From positions 37,946,001 to 38,010,000 of the forward strand of contig NC_086097.1 in the NCBI RefSeq assembly GCF_963921235.1: a stretch of DNA of 64,000 nucleotides, in the 5' to 3' direction. Positions 49,690 to 62,564 of this stretch are shown piece by piece. The position numbers and the translations under genes were made by a program. Within the stretch, counting starts at the first letter, position 1; each line of letters opens with the position of its first letter. This DNA is from Mobula hypostoma (taxonomy: Eukaryota). Under the pieces are notes generated by a model. It saw only the letters and a program-made list of their open reading frames with translations. It was not told the origin of the DNA and did no database searches.

Positions 49690-50460
49690 GATTGCAAAAT
49701 CCATTGGGGAGTAAAAAAATAGCAAATGTATACTATGGGGGAAATGTGAAGAGAAAGTGATGAGCCACATTATTAGTTAACTATAGAAAGAATGCAGAAA
49801 GCCACAGCACGAGAGGGTTTAAGGAACATTGTACATGAAGTACAGAAAGCTGTCACAGAGGTACACCAGATAATTGGGAAGCTGTCTTTTATTTCTAGAG
49901 AGTTAAAGTATTTTTAAAAAATGGAATTCTTGTTACAGCTGTAATGGCACTAGTGAGACCATATCTAGAGTACTGTGTAAAGTTTTAGTTAGCTTAATTA
50001 GGGAGAGAGATGTCAGAATTGGAAGCAGTTCAGTCAAGGGTCATGAGGATTACCCTGACAATGCAGGTTAGGTCTGTAATCATTGAAGAGTAGAAGAATG
50101 AGAAGCTTTATATATTGGGATGTAATATTCTCGGGGGAGTTAATGGTATCAGGAAGATGTTTCTCCTCATGAGATAGTCAATGACCAGAGGCCATAGTTT
50201 CAGAATAAGGGGGTACCCATTTAAAATTAAGAGGAAGAACTTGTACTCCTAGTTTTGTAAGTATTAGAGTTTCTTCTTCCTGAAAACTAGAAACTGAATC
50301 CATGAATGTATTTAAAATAGGAAGGTAGATTATTTTAGTTTATTAGAAGATGCCAAGGTTTAGGGAAAGGGCAGGAATGTGAACTCGAGGAAACTTGGAT
50401 CTTATGAAATGGTAAAGCAGACTTGAATGGTCTACGCCTGTTCCCATTTCTTGCATTCTG
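49690..50460 (+). mobile_element. Degenerate CR1 LINE
   Basis: ALVRPYLEYCV remnant and CR1 3' UTR. Confidence 0.7.
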
Positions 50461-52077
50461 ATTTTAAAAATCAACAATTTAATATTTATTACCATTTTTG
50501 GGAAAAAACTTTTTTTAAAATGACAAGCAGTTAAGACATTGATAATTAATTGTAAAATCTCCTTCAATGGGTTAACACATCCTACACCAGGTATTGCATG
50601 AGCATTGATTTCCTGGTGTCAGTGCTGGGTAACCAGAAAGTTTATCATGGGACTCTGTGGGCGTCCAATGGTGGAGCACAGCCTGAAAACAGGGAATCTC
50701 TGCTAGCAAATTCAGGACTACTACCTTTTTACAAAGTTCTAAGCTTGTTGGAGATTAATGCTGCCAGCATTCCCAGTGAGCTCCAGCCTATTGTCTTTTT
50801 TTCCCCCTCACTGATTATGATTAAAACTGAATTTTGGTGGAACAAAATTCTTGCTTTAAATGAGCCACATTAGTAATTTTATGAAACACTTTTCAAGATG
50901 TCTGTTTATTTTTAGAATGTTTAACTTTTGCCTCAACAGAAGATTCCCTTTCCTTTGGACGGAAGGATTTGTTCATTTCCACAATAGGATGTTGGTTGAG
51001 CTAGGGTTACATGCACTTCTGGTTTGAAATAAACAGTATGTGTAAATATTAATACTGCAGAAATGAAACCGTAATCAATGCGTAAGAGTATGAATTGAAC
51101 TCATTCATCAATTTTTTTTCCTGTTTGTTGTGTGATTGGGGTTCATCTAAAAGCTATGTTCTACCAAGGCAAATCAATTTTAATATTATAAAACTTCATT
51201 TGGTTTAAGTTAGCTGCTCATAGTCAGAGCTATTTGCTTAACTGATCTAGTTACCATAACATCAAGGCTTCAAATCAATGTAATGTCTAATAAATATAGA
51301 CACACAAGAAAGCAATCATTTTGGAGATGAGCCCCCATTGCTAAACCTTTACTAATCTTTTTCTTCTAAAAATGTCTTCTTTTGAAACATTCGTTCCAGA
51401 AAAGAGACCTAGAGCGTCAGTTTTTTTTTATTGAGAGGAAGCTTCTGTGATTTACTGTTTCCTGTATCTAGAGATTTCCTTATGGCTGTGACCTCTGTTT
51501 CCCTTCTGGCATATGTTACATATTTTCTGTGTTTTTAATTGCATTGCAAGTGTATTCTGTCTATAATGTCTCTTGAGTGCTACAATATTCATTTGGGGGA
51601 ATGACATGGCTGTGGATATAGAGTTGGAGCAAAATAGAGTGGACTTCTAACTGCACAAACTTGCATAGATAAATTTTTAACCTTCAGGTGAACTGCTTGA
51701 ATAAGAAACAAGATGACCTGAGGAACATTGGCCACATTTATACTGAGGAAAAACAATATTTTAGGAGGTGAAATAATGCTATTATGTTGGAATTTCTTGA
51801 AACATTTTTAGATGTGGAGAGCACAGTACATTTTCTATGTGTACTTTGCATTTAGACATGTTCACATTTTAATAACTATAGCAGATCATGATATTAACCA
51901 TATATAATTGAAAACAAAGGAAGCTGTCTCGAACCTGGAACTTTCAAGTTTAAAGATTAGTTGTATATGTTCAATTTTATTAAATTTTACAAGATACCCT
52001 TCCAGTGATTGTATGAGTTTGTGATTTGCTGGTGCAGAGTAGTTAGCATCTGGTAAAATTAATCCCTGATGTCATTC

Positions 52078-52632
52078 ATCATAGAAACATAGAAAATAGG
52101 TGCAGGAGTAGGCCATTCGGCCCTTCGAGCCTGCACCGCCATTCAGTATGATCATGGCTGATCATCCAACTCAGAACCCTGTACCAGCCTTCCCTCCATA
52201 CCCCCAATCCCTTTAGCCACAAGGGCCATATCTAACTCGCTCTTAAATATAGCCAATGAACTGGCCTCAACTGTTTCCTATGGCAGAGAATTCCACAGAT
52301 TCACCACTCTGTGTGAAGAAGTTTTTCCTCATCTCGGTCCTAAAAGGCTTCCCCTTTATCCTCAAACTGTGTCCCCTTGTTCTGGACTTCTCCAACATCG
52401 GGAACAATCTTCCTGCATCTAGCCTGTCCAATCCCTTTAGGATTTTATACGTTTCAATAAGATTCCCCCTCAATCTCCTAAATTCCAATGAGTATAAGCC
52501 TAGTCGATCCGGTCTTTCATCATGTGAAAGTCCTGCCATCCCAGGAATAAATCTGGTGAACCTTCTTTGTACTCCCTCTATGGCAAGGATGTCTTTCCTC
52601 AGATTAGGGGACCAAAACTGCACACAAATACT
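52078..52632 (-). mobile_element. CR1 LINE 3' fragment, young
   Basis: ORF 52267-52638 CVQFWSP..VQRRFTR..LGLYSLEFRRLRG.LIETYKI; (TTTCTATG)n-type tail. Confidence 0.95.
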
Positions 52633-54094
52633 TATCATTTAAAATAGTGGAAGAAAATAGAGCAGTTGAAGTAAAATGGTAGTAACTGAATATTTATAGT
52701 AGTTGGATGGACCTGCTGTAAAATGAAAACAACCGTATTTTCCGCAGAGCTTGTTGAATGAGCTCAGGATGAAACTTCAAATGGTAATTTTAGGTGCGTT
52801 AATTTTTCAATGCTGATACTTTCCCTTTTTAAAAAAATAACAAAATCAACTTTATTCATAGTAAAAAATGTTTACAAGAATAAACCACTCAATGCCTTTT
52901 CATTCTTTACATCTGTAGTCAATGCTTTCTATAATATTCTATTGCTTTCATAGACATCAGTAGCACTGCAGTTGCTCATTGTTGCTCAAAGTTGCTTCTA
53001 AATTGGCTGAAGCCACATGTGGAAACGGTGGGGGCGGGGGGGGACAGGATTGGGCGGTGCTTCTAGTATGGACTTGGGCTTGCTGTGTAATTCTCTACAT
53101 GTGCATTTCTCTGTATCAAGATTTATGCTCACCTCGTGGGCAAAAGGGCCTGTTCCTCTTTGATGCAGTTGTACTTTCCAAATAAATGCTGTTGTTATTT
53201 TTCCAATTTAAAAAAAACTTTTTCACAGGATGTGAGTCAACACTGGAGATGCATGCACTGATTGTCCTTAATTACCGCTACACTGAAGTTTGGAATGTTT
53301 TTGTATCCTCTCATTAAGTGTTATTAGTCAATATTTGGCCCTTTAACACTGACTCCCATAAATTCATTTCACCCTCTCCCTTCTCGCCTGTCTTCCTGCA
53401 ATTTTTCCTCTCTATGTCCATTTGCTCCACCTTAATTCTTTTGTCATGTACCTTAACTGCGGGGCAATTTACACTAGCTACTTAACCTATTAGATTGTCT
53501 TCAGGAATGCAGCAGAAAACCAAAGAACCCAGTGGAAACCCATGGGATCATTGAGAGTAGAAAACTACATAGAGACAGCACAGGAACTGCCCAATAGTAA
53601 GGCAGCAACAGTAACTGCTGCACAAATGTCTTAAATGACACTGATTAGATGCATTTGCAGTCAAATTGATTTTCTTTTCAACAGGATATACTGTAGACTT
53701 CTATTTTTGTACTAATATATGGCTTTGACTTGGGGAAATGTTACTGCAGTGAAAACATCCGTAACATGAATATTTGATCACAATGCACACAAAGTAGTAC
53801 TAATTGTTTGTATCTAAGATTTTTAGAGGAAGCACTTTGGAAGGATCTAAATATAATTAACTAAGTGCTAGTCTATTCATTTCCAAATGCAAATGATCAT
53901 TCAGTGTTTTAGAAATGCAGCTCAACAAAATGACATGATGCTGCTTCAGTTTTGTATATAACAATGATCCAAAATGGTGTATTATCATGTTGATCTATTC
54001 AAATAATTTTACTGTCTGCAGTATCTATATTGTGCTGTTGAAGCGATAATGAAATTCCACTTTATGCGGCTTTATAGCTTTGCAAAACTCATAC

Positions 54095-55050
54095 AGGTCC
54101 TTTTGGGTCATAAAACAGTACAGCAGTGATAACCGAACCTTTGACCCAAACGGTCTGTGCAGACCACAGTCCTCACCCAGTTGGTCCCAATGCCCTGTGT
54201 TCAACCCCTGTCCCTCTAAGCCAGGTGTTCCCAACCTTTTCGTTTTATGCCGTGGACCAATACCATTAAGCAAGGGGTTCTGCTCTAAGCCCTTCCCCTC
54301 TACACAAACTATGCAAGTGCTTCTTGAATGATACTCTTGTACCTACCTCAACCACTTCATCTGCTGCTCATTCCATCTATTCATCACAATCTGCATGAAA
54401 AAGTTGTCCTGCAGTCCCTTTTAAATCTTTCTCTTCGCATCTTAAATCTATACCCTTAGTTTTTGACTCCACTACCCTGGCATCAGTGTATGTGTTAACC
54501 ACAAGGGGCAATGATCCGTGCACATTTACCTAGTCAAGATCATTTTTTTTCATATTGCATTCAAATCCTGTCTTGTTCAAAGCTCCATTTGAGACCTGAC
54601 TAGCAGAAGGTAACCTATCCTCTTAGTAGGATAAACCTGTTGGCTGATTCCAGTGCATGAGCTTCCTCCTTAATTAAGTGATCTAATACTGTTTGTAATG
54701 CTCAAAAAGTGGTCTTGCCAGTGTCCTATATAACTGAAGCATATCCTCTTTACTTTTAAACTCCCCAGCTAAGAAATTATAACATTCTCTTAGTTTTCCT
54801 AATTTGTGCATTATGGTTTTTTGTAAATCATACACGAGAACATCCAGATCCCTCTGAGCTCTGTAATCCCTCCCCATATAGGTAGTTTTTTTTTTGTTAT
54901 TCCTGCCAAAGTGGGTAATTTTTATCATCTCGACCCATACTTTTCCCAATTTGCTTTTCTAGAACTCACCTTAATCAGGCAATTTAGCAATCATACCTTT
55001 GAAACCTACACTCAAGTTACTTATGCAGATTATCAAAAGAGTGGACACTT
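54095..55050 (-). mobile_element. Degenerate CR1 fragments with a truncated hAT MITE at 54222-54282
   Basis: LQLYRTLARPLFE remnant; MITE left TIR CAGGTGTTCCC and perfect 8-bp flanking repeat ctctaagc. Confidence 0.7.
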
Positions 55051-56505
55051 GCTAATAAATTAAGTCCCTTTTATGACTATAGTAGCATTTTATCCTCTAC
55101 TTCCTGAGGAAGATAGATTTTTTTAACAACACAGAGAAAATGCTGGAGGAACTCAGCAGGCCAGGCAGTTTCTATGGAAAAGAGTATAGTCGATGTTTCG
55201 GGCTGAGGCCCTTCAGCAGGACTGGAGAAAAAAATGTGGAGTCAGAGTTAGAAGGTGGGGGGGGGGAAGAAATGCAAGGTAATGGGTGAAACCAGGAAGG
55301 GGAGGGGTAAAGCAAAGAGCTGGGAAGTTGTTTGGTGAAAGAGATACAGGGCTGGAGAAGGGGGAATCTGATAGGAGAGGATAGAAGGCCAAGGAAGGGA
55401 AAAGGTGAGGAGCACGAAAGGGAGGTGGTGGGCAGGTAAGGAGATAAGGTGAGAGAGGGAAAAGGGATTGGTGAAGGGTGGCGGGGGGGGGAGGCTATTA
55501 CTGGAAGTTCCAGAAATCGATGTTCATGCCATTCTTCGGAGGCTACCCAGATGGAACACAACGTGTTGCTCTCCAACCTGAGTGTAGCCTGATCATGACA
55601 GTAGAGGAGGCCATGGACTGGCATGTTGGAATGGGATGCAGAATTAAAATGGGTGGCCACTGGGAGACCCTGCTTTTATTGGTGGAAGGAACATAGGTGC
55701 TCAATGTAGCGGTCTCCCAATTTACATCAGGTCTCGCCGATGTATAAGAGGCAGCACCGAATACAGTAGATGACCCCAACAGACTCACGGAAGTGTCGCC
55801 TCAACTGGAAGGACTGTTTGATGCTCTGAATGGTAGTGACAGAGGAGGTGAAGGGGCAGTTATAGCACTTGCTTTGCTTGCAAGGATTAGTACCAGGAGG
55901 GAAATTGGTGGAGAGGGATGAATGGACAAGGGAGTCACATAGGGAGCGATCCCTGCAAAAAGCAGCGAGTTTGGGGTGGGGGAGGGAATGATGTGCCTGC
56001 TGGTGGGATCCCGCTGCAGATAGCAGAAGTTCCGAAGAATTATGGGCTGGATGCAGAGGCTGTTGGGGTGGTAGATGAGGACAAGAGGAACCCTATCCCT
56101 GGAGGGGTGGTAGGAGATGGAGTGAGGGCAGACGTATGTGAAATGGAAGAGATACGGTTGAGGGCGGTGTTGATGGTGGAGGAAGGGAAGTCCCTTTCTC
56201 TGAAGGAGGAGGACATCTCCTTTGTTCTGGAATGAAAAGCTACATCCTGAGAGCAGGTGGTGGTGACTGAGGAATTGAGAGAAGGGGATGAAATTTTTAC
56301 AAGTAACATGATGGGAAGAGGTATAGTCCAAAAAGCTGTGAGAGTCAGTGGGTTTGTAATAGACGTCAGTGGATAAGCTGTCTCCAGAGAAAGAGATTTC
56401 GAGAAAGTGGAGGAGATGTTGGAAATGAACCAGGCAAAAATGTGAGGGCAGGTTGGAAGTTGGTGACAAGGTTGATGAGGTCCACATGGGTGCAGGAAGC
56501 AGCAT

Positions 56506-56919
56506 AACACATAGGAGCAGAATTAGTCCATTTGGCCCATTGAGTCTGCTCCACCACTTAATCATGGCTGATCCATTTTTCCCCTCCTCAGTTCCACTCC
56601 TCCCTGTAACCTTTGATGCCATGTCCAATCAAGATGCCTGTGGTAATAAATTTCACAAATTCACCATCCTCTGGCTAAAGAAATTTCTCAGCATCTCTGT
56701 TTTAAATGGATGCCCCCCTATCCAGAGGCTGTGCCCTCTTGTACTAGAGTCCCCCACCATGGGAAACATCCTTTTCCACATCTACTTTGTCTAGGCCTTT
56801 CAACATGTGAAAGGTGTCAATGAGATCCCCCCTCATCCTTCTATATTTCAGCAAGTACAGACCCAGAGCAATCAAACATTCCTCGTATGATAACCCTTTC
56901 ATTCCTGGCATCATCCTTG
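56506..56919 (-). mobile_element. CR1 3' end (part of chimeric insertion)
   Basis: TRMMPGMKGLSYEE.L.ALGLY...RRMRGDLI and CR1 3' UTR. Confidence 0.9.
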
Positions 56920-57273
56920 TTTCATGACCTGTGTAACGCAAAACAATCAATGCAGAAAACTGAAGGTTTAACCAACCTGCTGGATATTGACTGCATGAAG
57001 TCACCCACTGATCAGAATAGTCAATTAGTTACTGGTTTGTGTTCCAACCATTGTATCCGTGTCTACAATAAACAAATTCTGACTCTCCTTAAACAGTTCC
57101 AAGGCCACTTTGCTCCTATTAGTGGGATAAGATTTGCAGAAACCAACAGCCATTTACTATTCTCTGCTTCACATGGTGGGACGCTGAAATGCTGGGATGT
57201 GGCTTTTTCTAGCGTGGAGGCAGTGCAGATTTACAAAGGCTATCCGAATAAAACATTTATCAGCTTTGATATT
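56920..57273 (+). pseudogene. WDR89: WDR89 N-terminal coding fragment (118 codons, no start or stop)
   Basis: LLDIDC..LVTGLCSNHCIRVYNK..GIRFA..LFSASHGGTLKCWDV..VQIYKGYPNKTFISFDI is colinear with recalled human WDR89 (LLGIDT..LVAVLCSNGSIRIYDK..GVRFA..VYSACTDGTVKCWDA..VQLFKGYPSNIFISFDI). Confidence 0.9.
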
Positions 57274-58136
57274 ATAAGGCTTTGTAAGGCCCTGGTGAGA
57301 CCTCACCTTGAGCATCAGTGCAGTTGTCGATGTAGTGTAGGAAAAGTTGGGGCATGACACCAATGTAGGTTTGGAACATAGACTGCTCCATGTAGCTGAC
57401 AAAAAGGGAGGCATAACTGGGACCCATGTGAGTGCCCACAGCTACACCTTTTGTTTGAAGGAAGTGGGAGGAGCCAAAGGAGAAATTATTAAGAGAGAGG
57501 ACAAGAACCGCCTGGTGGAGAGGAGCTGGTTGAGTCTGGTGTCCAGAAAGAAATGGAGAGCTTTGCGGCCTTCCTGGTGGGGATTGGAGGTGTATAGGGA
57601 CTGGACATAAGATGCTCGGTGCCAGGGAACTTGAAATCATTGAAAAAATCAAGAGTGTGTGAAATGTCATGGATGTAGGGAGGAAGAGACCGAATTGGGG
57701 GGGATAAAATGGAGTTGAGTTATGCAGATATAAATTCAGTGGGGCAGGATCAAGTAGAAACAGTGGGTCCAACTAGACAGGCAGGTTTGTGGATCCTGAG
57801 TAGGAGATAGAAATGGGAGGTGCGGTGTGAGGGAACTATGTGGTTGGTGGCAGTGGATGTGAGATCCCCAGAGTTGTGTTCCTTCTGGATATTCTGGTTT
57901 ATCCCACATCCTAAAATGTGCAAAATGGTACATTAATTGGCCGTTGTAAGTAGCCCCATAACGTGTAGGTGAGTTGAGAATGTAATTGGTGGGGGGCGGG
58001 GGAGGGTGGGAGCAGTAAAATATGGCATTATTGTATAATTAGTGTAGTTGGTTGGTATGGCTCAGTTGGTCCCATGCTATATTTCTCTATGAACAAAATC
58101 TGATGGTGAATTTGTATTTCTGACTGGTCATATTTT

Positions 58137-58468
58137 TCATAGTCATAGTCATACTTTATTGATCCCAGGGGGAAATTGGTTAAAAAGAGCTCTGCTTGCT
58201 AAACCGGCCGGCATAAGCGCAGTCAGCTGGTCCCTGGAATGAACAATGCGGCCATCCTGCTGCCATGCTAATGAGACGTGTCCGAATGTAACTATTTCCA
58301 GTGCTAAAAAAACAAATAAAACTCTCTCCACCAGCATGTTAGAGAGGGTGCAGCTTCAACGTGTTACCATGAGAAAAAAATACAACAAATAACCTACGTT
58401 AAAAAAGTTTAAAAAGTAAGAAACAGAGCAACTGTAACAGGCTGCATGCACGACCGGCGCATGTGCAC
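58137..58468 (-). mobile_element. Short non-autonomous retroelement with Rex/Babar-type tail
   Basis: Minus-strand end CCCCCTGGGATCAATAAAGTATGACTATGACTATGA joined to a CpG-rich 290-bp head. Confidence 0.6.
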
Positions 58469-59154
58469 TTTTTGAGAAGATACCACGATTCAGGTTTGAT
58501 CCTGGGTGGTACAAGATATGGGGAATTTTGGTAGGATGCATCAAAATATGACGGGGAGGCAAACAACATTTTATAGTAAATTAGAGGACTGTATATAAGA
58601 AAATAGGGTTTTTGATAGGGATTTCAGGATATTAACTAGTATGTATAAGCAGTGGTGCCTGTTCCCAAAGGACTTCTAGGTGATACAGATCATGGCTTTA
58701 GGAAGTGTTGTTGAAGCTTTGAGTGTCTGGGATATATCCTGAGTATTGTATGCTATATCGCCAAGTAGTGGATGGGAAGCCTATCAAGTGACTGGTTTTC
58801 CTTTGTGTTGGAGTTAGTTGGATATCTGCGATATGAATAGCTTTCTATAAAGCTCCTGTCTTCTAATATGAAAATAGTCAAATGTTCCTGAAAATCTCTG
58901 TGAACTCCTCACTTGTCCACAGCCTGCTATCTTCACCAGAATTTGTGTGACTATTCAGGTGAGTTCCTGGTGTTCTATGGATACACATGAAGCACTTTGG
59001 TTACGGGATAAGGCGCACTGCATAATGATAGGTAGACGAGTTTTCTGTGTGTACATGTGTGTAAGCTTGACTGACTTTTGTTGTGATCACTCTAGAGTTT
59101 AGAAAAGTCTAAACAAAAGCCTATCAAGCTTTTATACGTGCACACCCAAAGGTG

Positions 59155-59235
59155 CAGGGCTTCCCAACCTTTTTTTGTACCACGGAGCTCTACCATTGAC
59201 TGAGGGGTCCGCGGATCCCAGGCTGGGAACCCCTG
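59155..59235. mobile_element. hAT-type MITE
   Basis: TIRs CAGGGCTTCCCA / TGGGAACCCCTG; same family as 47671. Confidence 0.75.
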
Positions 59236-60227
59236 CAATTGTAATGTATGACTGAACTCTTAGTCCCATCGTGCTTAAGATGACATGCTTATGTGTTTGA
59301 ATTTCTAAGCCACTTTTAGCTTTCATTTTGACATTGGCGCCATCTATTTTTCTTGTTAACTTGACAAGTTTTGGGGATCCAAAGATCAATGCTTAAAACT
59401 ATTGCTTGTGTCATTCCAGTGTTTTTGTCAGTGTTCAATATCTTCTGCTCTTGAACATGATGGTATGTGTTAATTTTCTTCATTTGCTACTCAAAATATC
59501 ACAAAAGAGGTCTTCCAAGCACTTTGGCCTGTCTATAAAATATTTTAATTTTCCCCTGTAACATAAGAATCATAGCAAATCTCTTTAGATTACATTTAGG
59601 TCATTTTCCTTTCTGATTAGATTACCCACTGCAAATTGAGTGAATTATAACTTGACCTAACTAAAAATAAACAAGGTGATAAAGCTTTCCTGAAATATCA
59701 TTTAGTAATTCATTTCATATTGGTTAAATGGCTATTTGGAAATGTTGGAATTGTATATATGAGGTGCCAAGTGGTTAAATTTCACTATAGTTCTAATAGT
59801 TGCTGGTTATCACCTGGCATCTAGTGTGCAACATGTGAAATTAATCAAGAATCTACCCACCCTTGCTTCTCAATTTCAGATGTGCTGCATTGACTTGTAT
59901 CTGTACAGTTTTATTGTATTTGTATTGATCGCAACATCCAGCACTTGGGCCGCATCCCTTAATGCAAAGATTCAAGTGCTTATCTAGACACCTCTTAAAT
60001 GCTGGTGGTGATCCTGTTTCCACTGCTCTCTTTGGCTATGCATTCCAAGCATTTACCACTCTCTGGGTTGAAAGATGTACCTCAAATGCTCCCATCAAGT
60101 CTATTTCAACTGTGCCAGAATCTCTCTCTCAAGTTTGAATTGGGACCAGAAGGGTGGAGGTTGCTGGTGATGCTGGTCTCGTTTTATGTAGATAATTTTT
60201 AAACTTTTTGCAAAATACAGCTGTACT

Positions 60228-60585
60228 ATCATCATCATGTACTTTGTCATATGACGTGCATGATCATGGTCTTGTGACCATGATTTTTCTTGGCAAATGT
60301 ATCTGCAGAATTCGTTTGCCATTGCCTTCTTCTGGACAGTTGACCCCAGCCATGATCAATACTCTTCAGAGATCATTTAGCTGGTGTCAGTGGTACCATA
60401 ACTTGGACTTGTGAAATGCACCAGCTGCTCATACGACCATCCACCACTTGCTCTCATGGTTTCATGTGACCTTGACTGGGGCACTGAGCAGGTGCTACAC
60501 CTTGCCCAATGGTGACCTATAGGCTAGTAGAGGGAAGGAGCGCCTTACACCTCCTTTGGTAGAGATGCATCTCTACCACACTACC
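60228..60585 (-). mobile_element. RTE-derived non-autonomous element / SINE
   Basis: Minus-strand GAAGAAGGCAATGGCAAAC (RTE 5' UTR hallmark) close to a (TGA)n tail. Confidence 0.65.
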
Positions 60586-60702
60586 AAATTGCACTATCCA
60601 GTTTTCCAAGCTACTTAATTGTTATAAAGTAAGTTATGCACATGAAGGAAGTATGCAAAAGAATATGCAGCCCCCTCACCGGGCTTGTATAGAAACTTAA
60701 CT

Positions 60703-61506
60703 TGTTACCAGCCCTGGTAATGGCCATGGGACTCAGCAGTGAGAAGGCTACCGTTCATAGCCAAAAGGCATCTGGGCTGGGTATGATTTGGGGTTCAACC
60801 AAACAGGAACGTTGTGATGTTCCAATTACAGAAACCTCAATTTGAGCAAATACTGCCCATACACAAATGTCGGTCGGCAAGAAATAACAAATCGTACAAC
60901 CCATAAAATTGTAAAGGAAGTATATTTGCAAATTTCAACCTTATCAAACAGTTAATAGGAAACAGAAAAGGGGAAAAAGAAATAAAAGGGCTCATTACAG
61001 TTCAGTCAGTCTAAATGTGCCCATCGTTGGAGCTCACCTTGAAGCTCTTTTTATTTGCGCGCTGCACCCACGGTCTGCATGAAAGCACACAATGCATTCT
61101 GAACTTCACTCGAAATCCATCTTGAACAAACGGGCGCTCTGTCTGCAGTATTGGTCCTTCCTCCTTGGAGCCATTCATCTGCATGAAGCACCTTGTGCAA
61201 CAGGGACGCTCCTTCCCACGGCATCTTCAGGCATCTTCCCTCTTGTCCTCTTCACAGCTCCCGCCAAATGGGCCATGAACCCCACCGGTGTCCGTCACAA
61301 ATCTCTCCCTGCCCAGCTTTCTCTAGAAACTTCTCCGAATATCAACCATCCTGATTGGCTGACGCAGTGTTCCTAAGTGAACATCGTAGCCCCTTATCTT
61401 CCTGAAACCCAAACGTGTTATCACCAGGACACACTGCTTCTGCAGAAAGCTGCCGCACGAAGTACCCTACAGCATTAGCAGTAAAAATCTTAACCAGGGC
61501 ATTACA
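60703..61506 (-). mobile_element. Probable solo LTR (804 bp, Gypsy-like)
   Basis: Minus strand TGTAATGCCCTGG...CCAGGGCTGGTAACA; flanks aact / aaat (3/4 match); CCAAT near 61353. Confidence 0.65.
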
Positions 61507-62525
61507 AAATAACCAATAAACCATTAAAACTGTTATTAATAGTGGTTATTAAGAATAGCCATTAAAATGAAACTGTGTACATATTCAAGGATTTTAAAGT
61601 CATATTTGAGGCAAAAATAATAACATGCTCCTCCTAGATGTTCAAATGTTCATTCTGTTTTACAGCAAGAAGATTTGAAAGCTCTATCATTTTTTTTTGT
61701 AAATATTACATGACTGGTCATGCCTTAGCTTGGATTCCCAAAGACTTGGGCTGATGTTATTCAGAAATTAATTGCAAAAGGAGGTCAAAGCCTTCAGTTT
61801 AATGAGCTTAAATCCTTTGGGTGCATCTTAGTGCCAGGTCTCCACAGCTAATTTCATCCTCCCCCTGTTTCTTCTACCCTACAAGCTAGCACACATAATC
61901 ATTGGAAAAATAATTGGAGTATCGTTTCCTGATTTGGCATTTTGAGACATCAGCAGGGTTCTGGCAGATAAATGAAACCAGATAAGCTGTGAAGTTTCTT
62001 TGTACTGATGATTTGTGTGTGTTACAGGCACTAGCTTTGATGGTTAGTCTGTCAGATAAAGATTATTTGACTGGACAACACAAGCAATTTTTCTGATTTC
62101 TTTTGACTCAAATTTATTGTCCAAATAACCTGTAGGTGATGTTGATGAAGAATTGTGGAATATATATTGGGCAGTTTGCTGTAGCTATAACTGGAGAAAC
62201 ATTAATCACTTTGTATTCTCATTTTCATTGTTCTTTGGAATTAAATGTACGTTTCCCCCCTTGCATCCTATTCTAATGGGATATTATAAAGTGTGTTGAT
62301 CCTTGAGTTTGCAATAAACTTTCAATGTGGACATTTTTTATTATCAAAAAGGTCTGATGTAGATCCACCTGGTTTATAATTTGTAATCTTCACTTCAGCT
62401 ATGGTGTTAAGTCTCCTACATTAAACCAAATTTTAAACAGGAAAAATCATGGACTAATCAGTATTTCAACACAAAAATAATAAAATGAATATTTTTACCA
62501 ACTGTCTTTAACTTTTTTTTTCCAG

Positions 62526-62564
62526 CTGGACATCCTTTCCTGAATCAGAATCTAGCTGACATAG
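62526..62564 (+). CDS. Candidate 39-nt internal exon (phase 1-1) of the RTN1-like gene, peptide (A)GHPFLNQNLADI
   Basis: Branch-like TTTAAC plus T-rich tract then CAG acceptor; donor TAG|GTAATT; open only in the frame matching exon 1; lies in repeat-poor sequence. Confidence 0.65.

Larger units (their letters stand above)
55127..57875 (-). mobile_element. Penelope-like element, longest copy, interrupted at 56506-57310
   Basis: RT core NNFSFGSSHFLQTKGVAVGTHMGPSYA..LFLHYIDN (ORF 57272-57772), STDVYYKPTDSH, GIY-YIG remnant, terminal repeat. Confidence 0.92.

Noticed and set aside
56887..57357. 156-aa ORF as a functional WDR89 gene
   Set aside because: The start comes from antisense CR1 and the end from CR1/Penelope; only about a third of the protein is present and no convincing splice sites flank it
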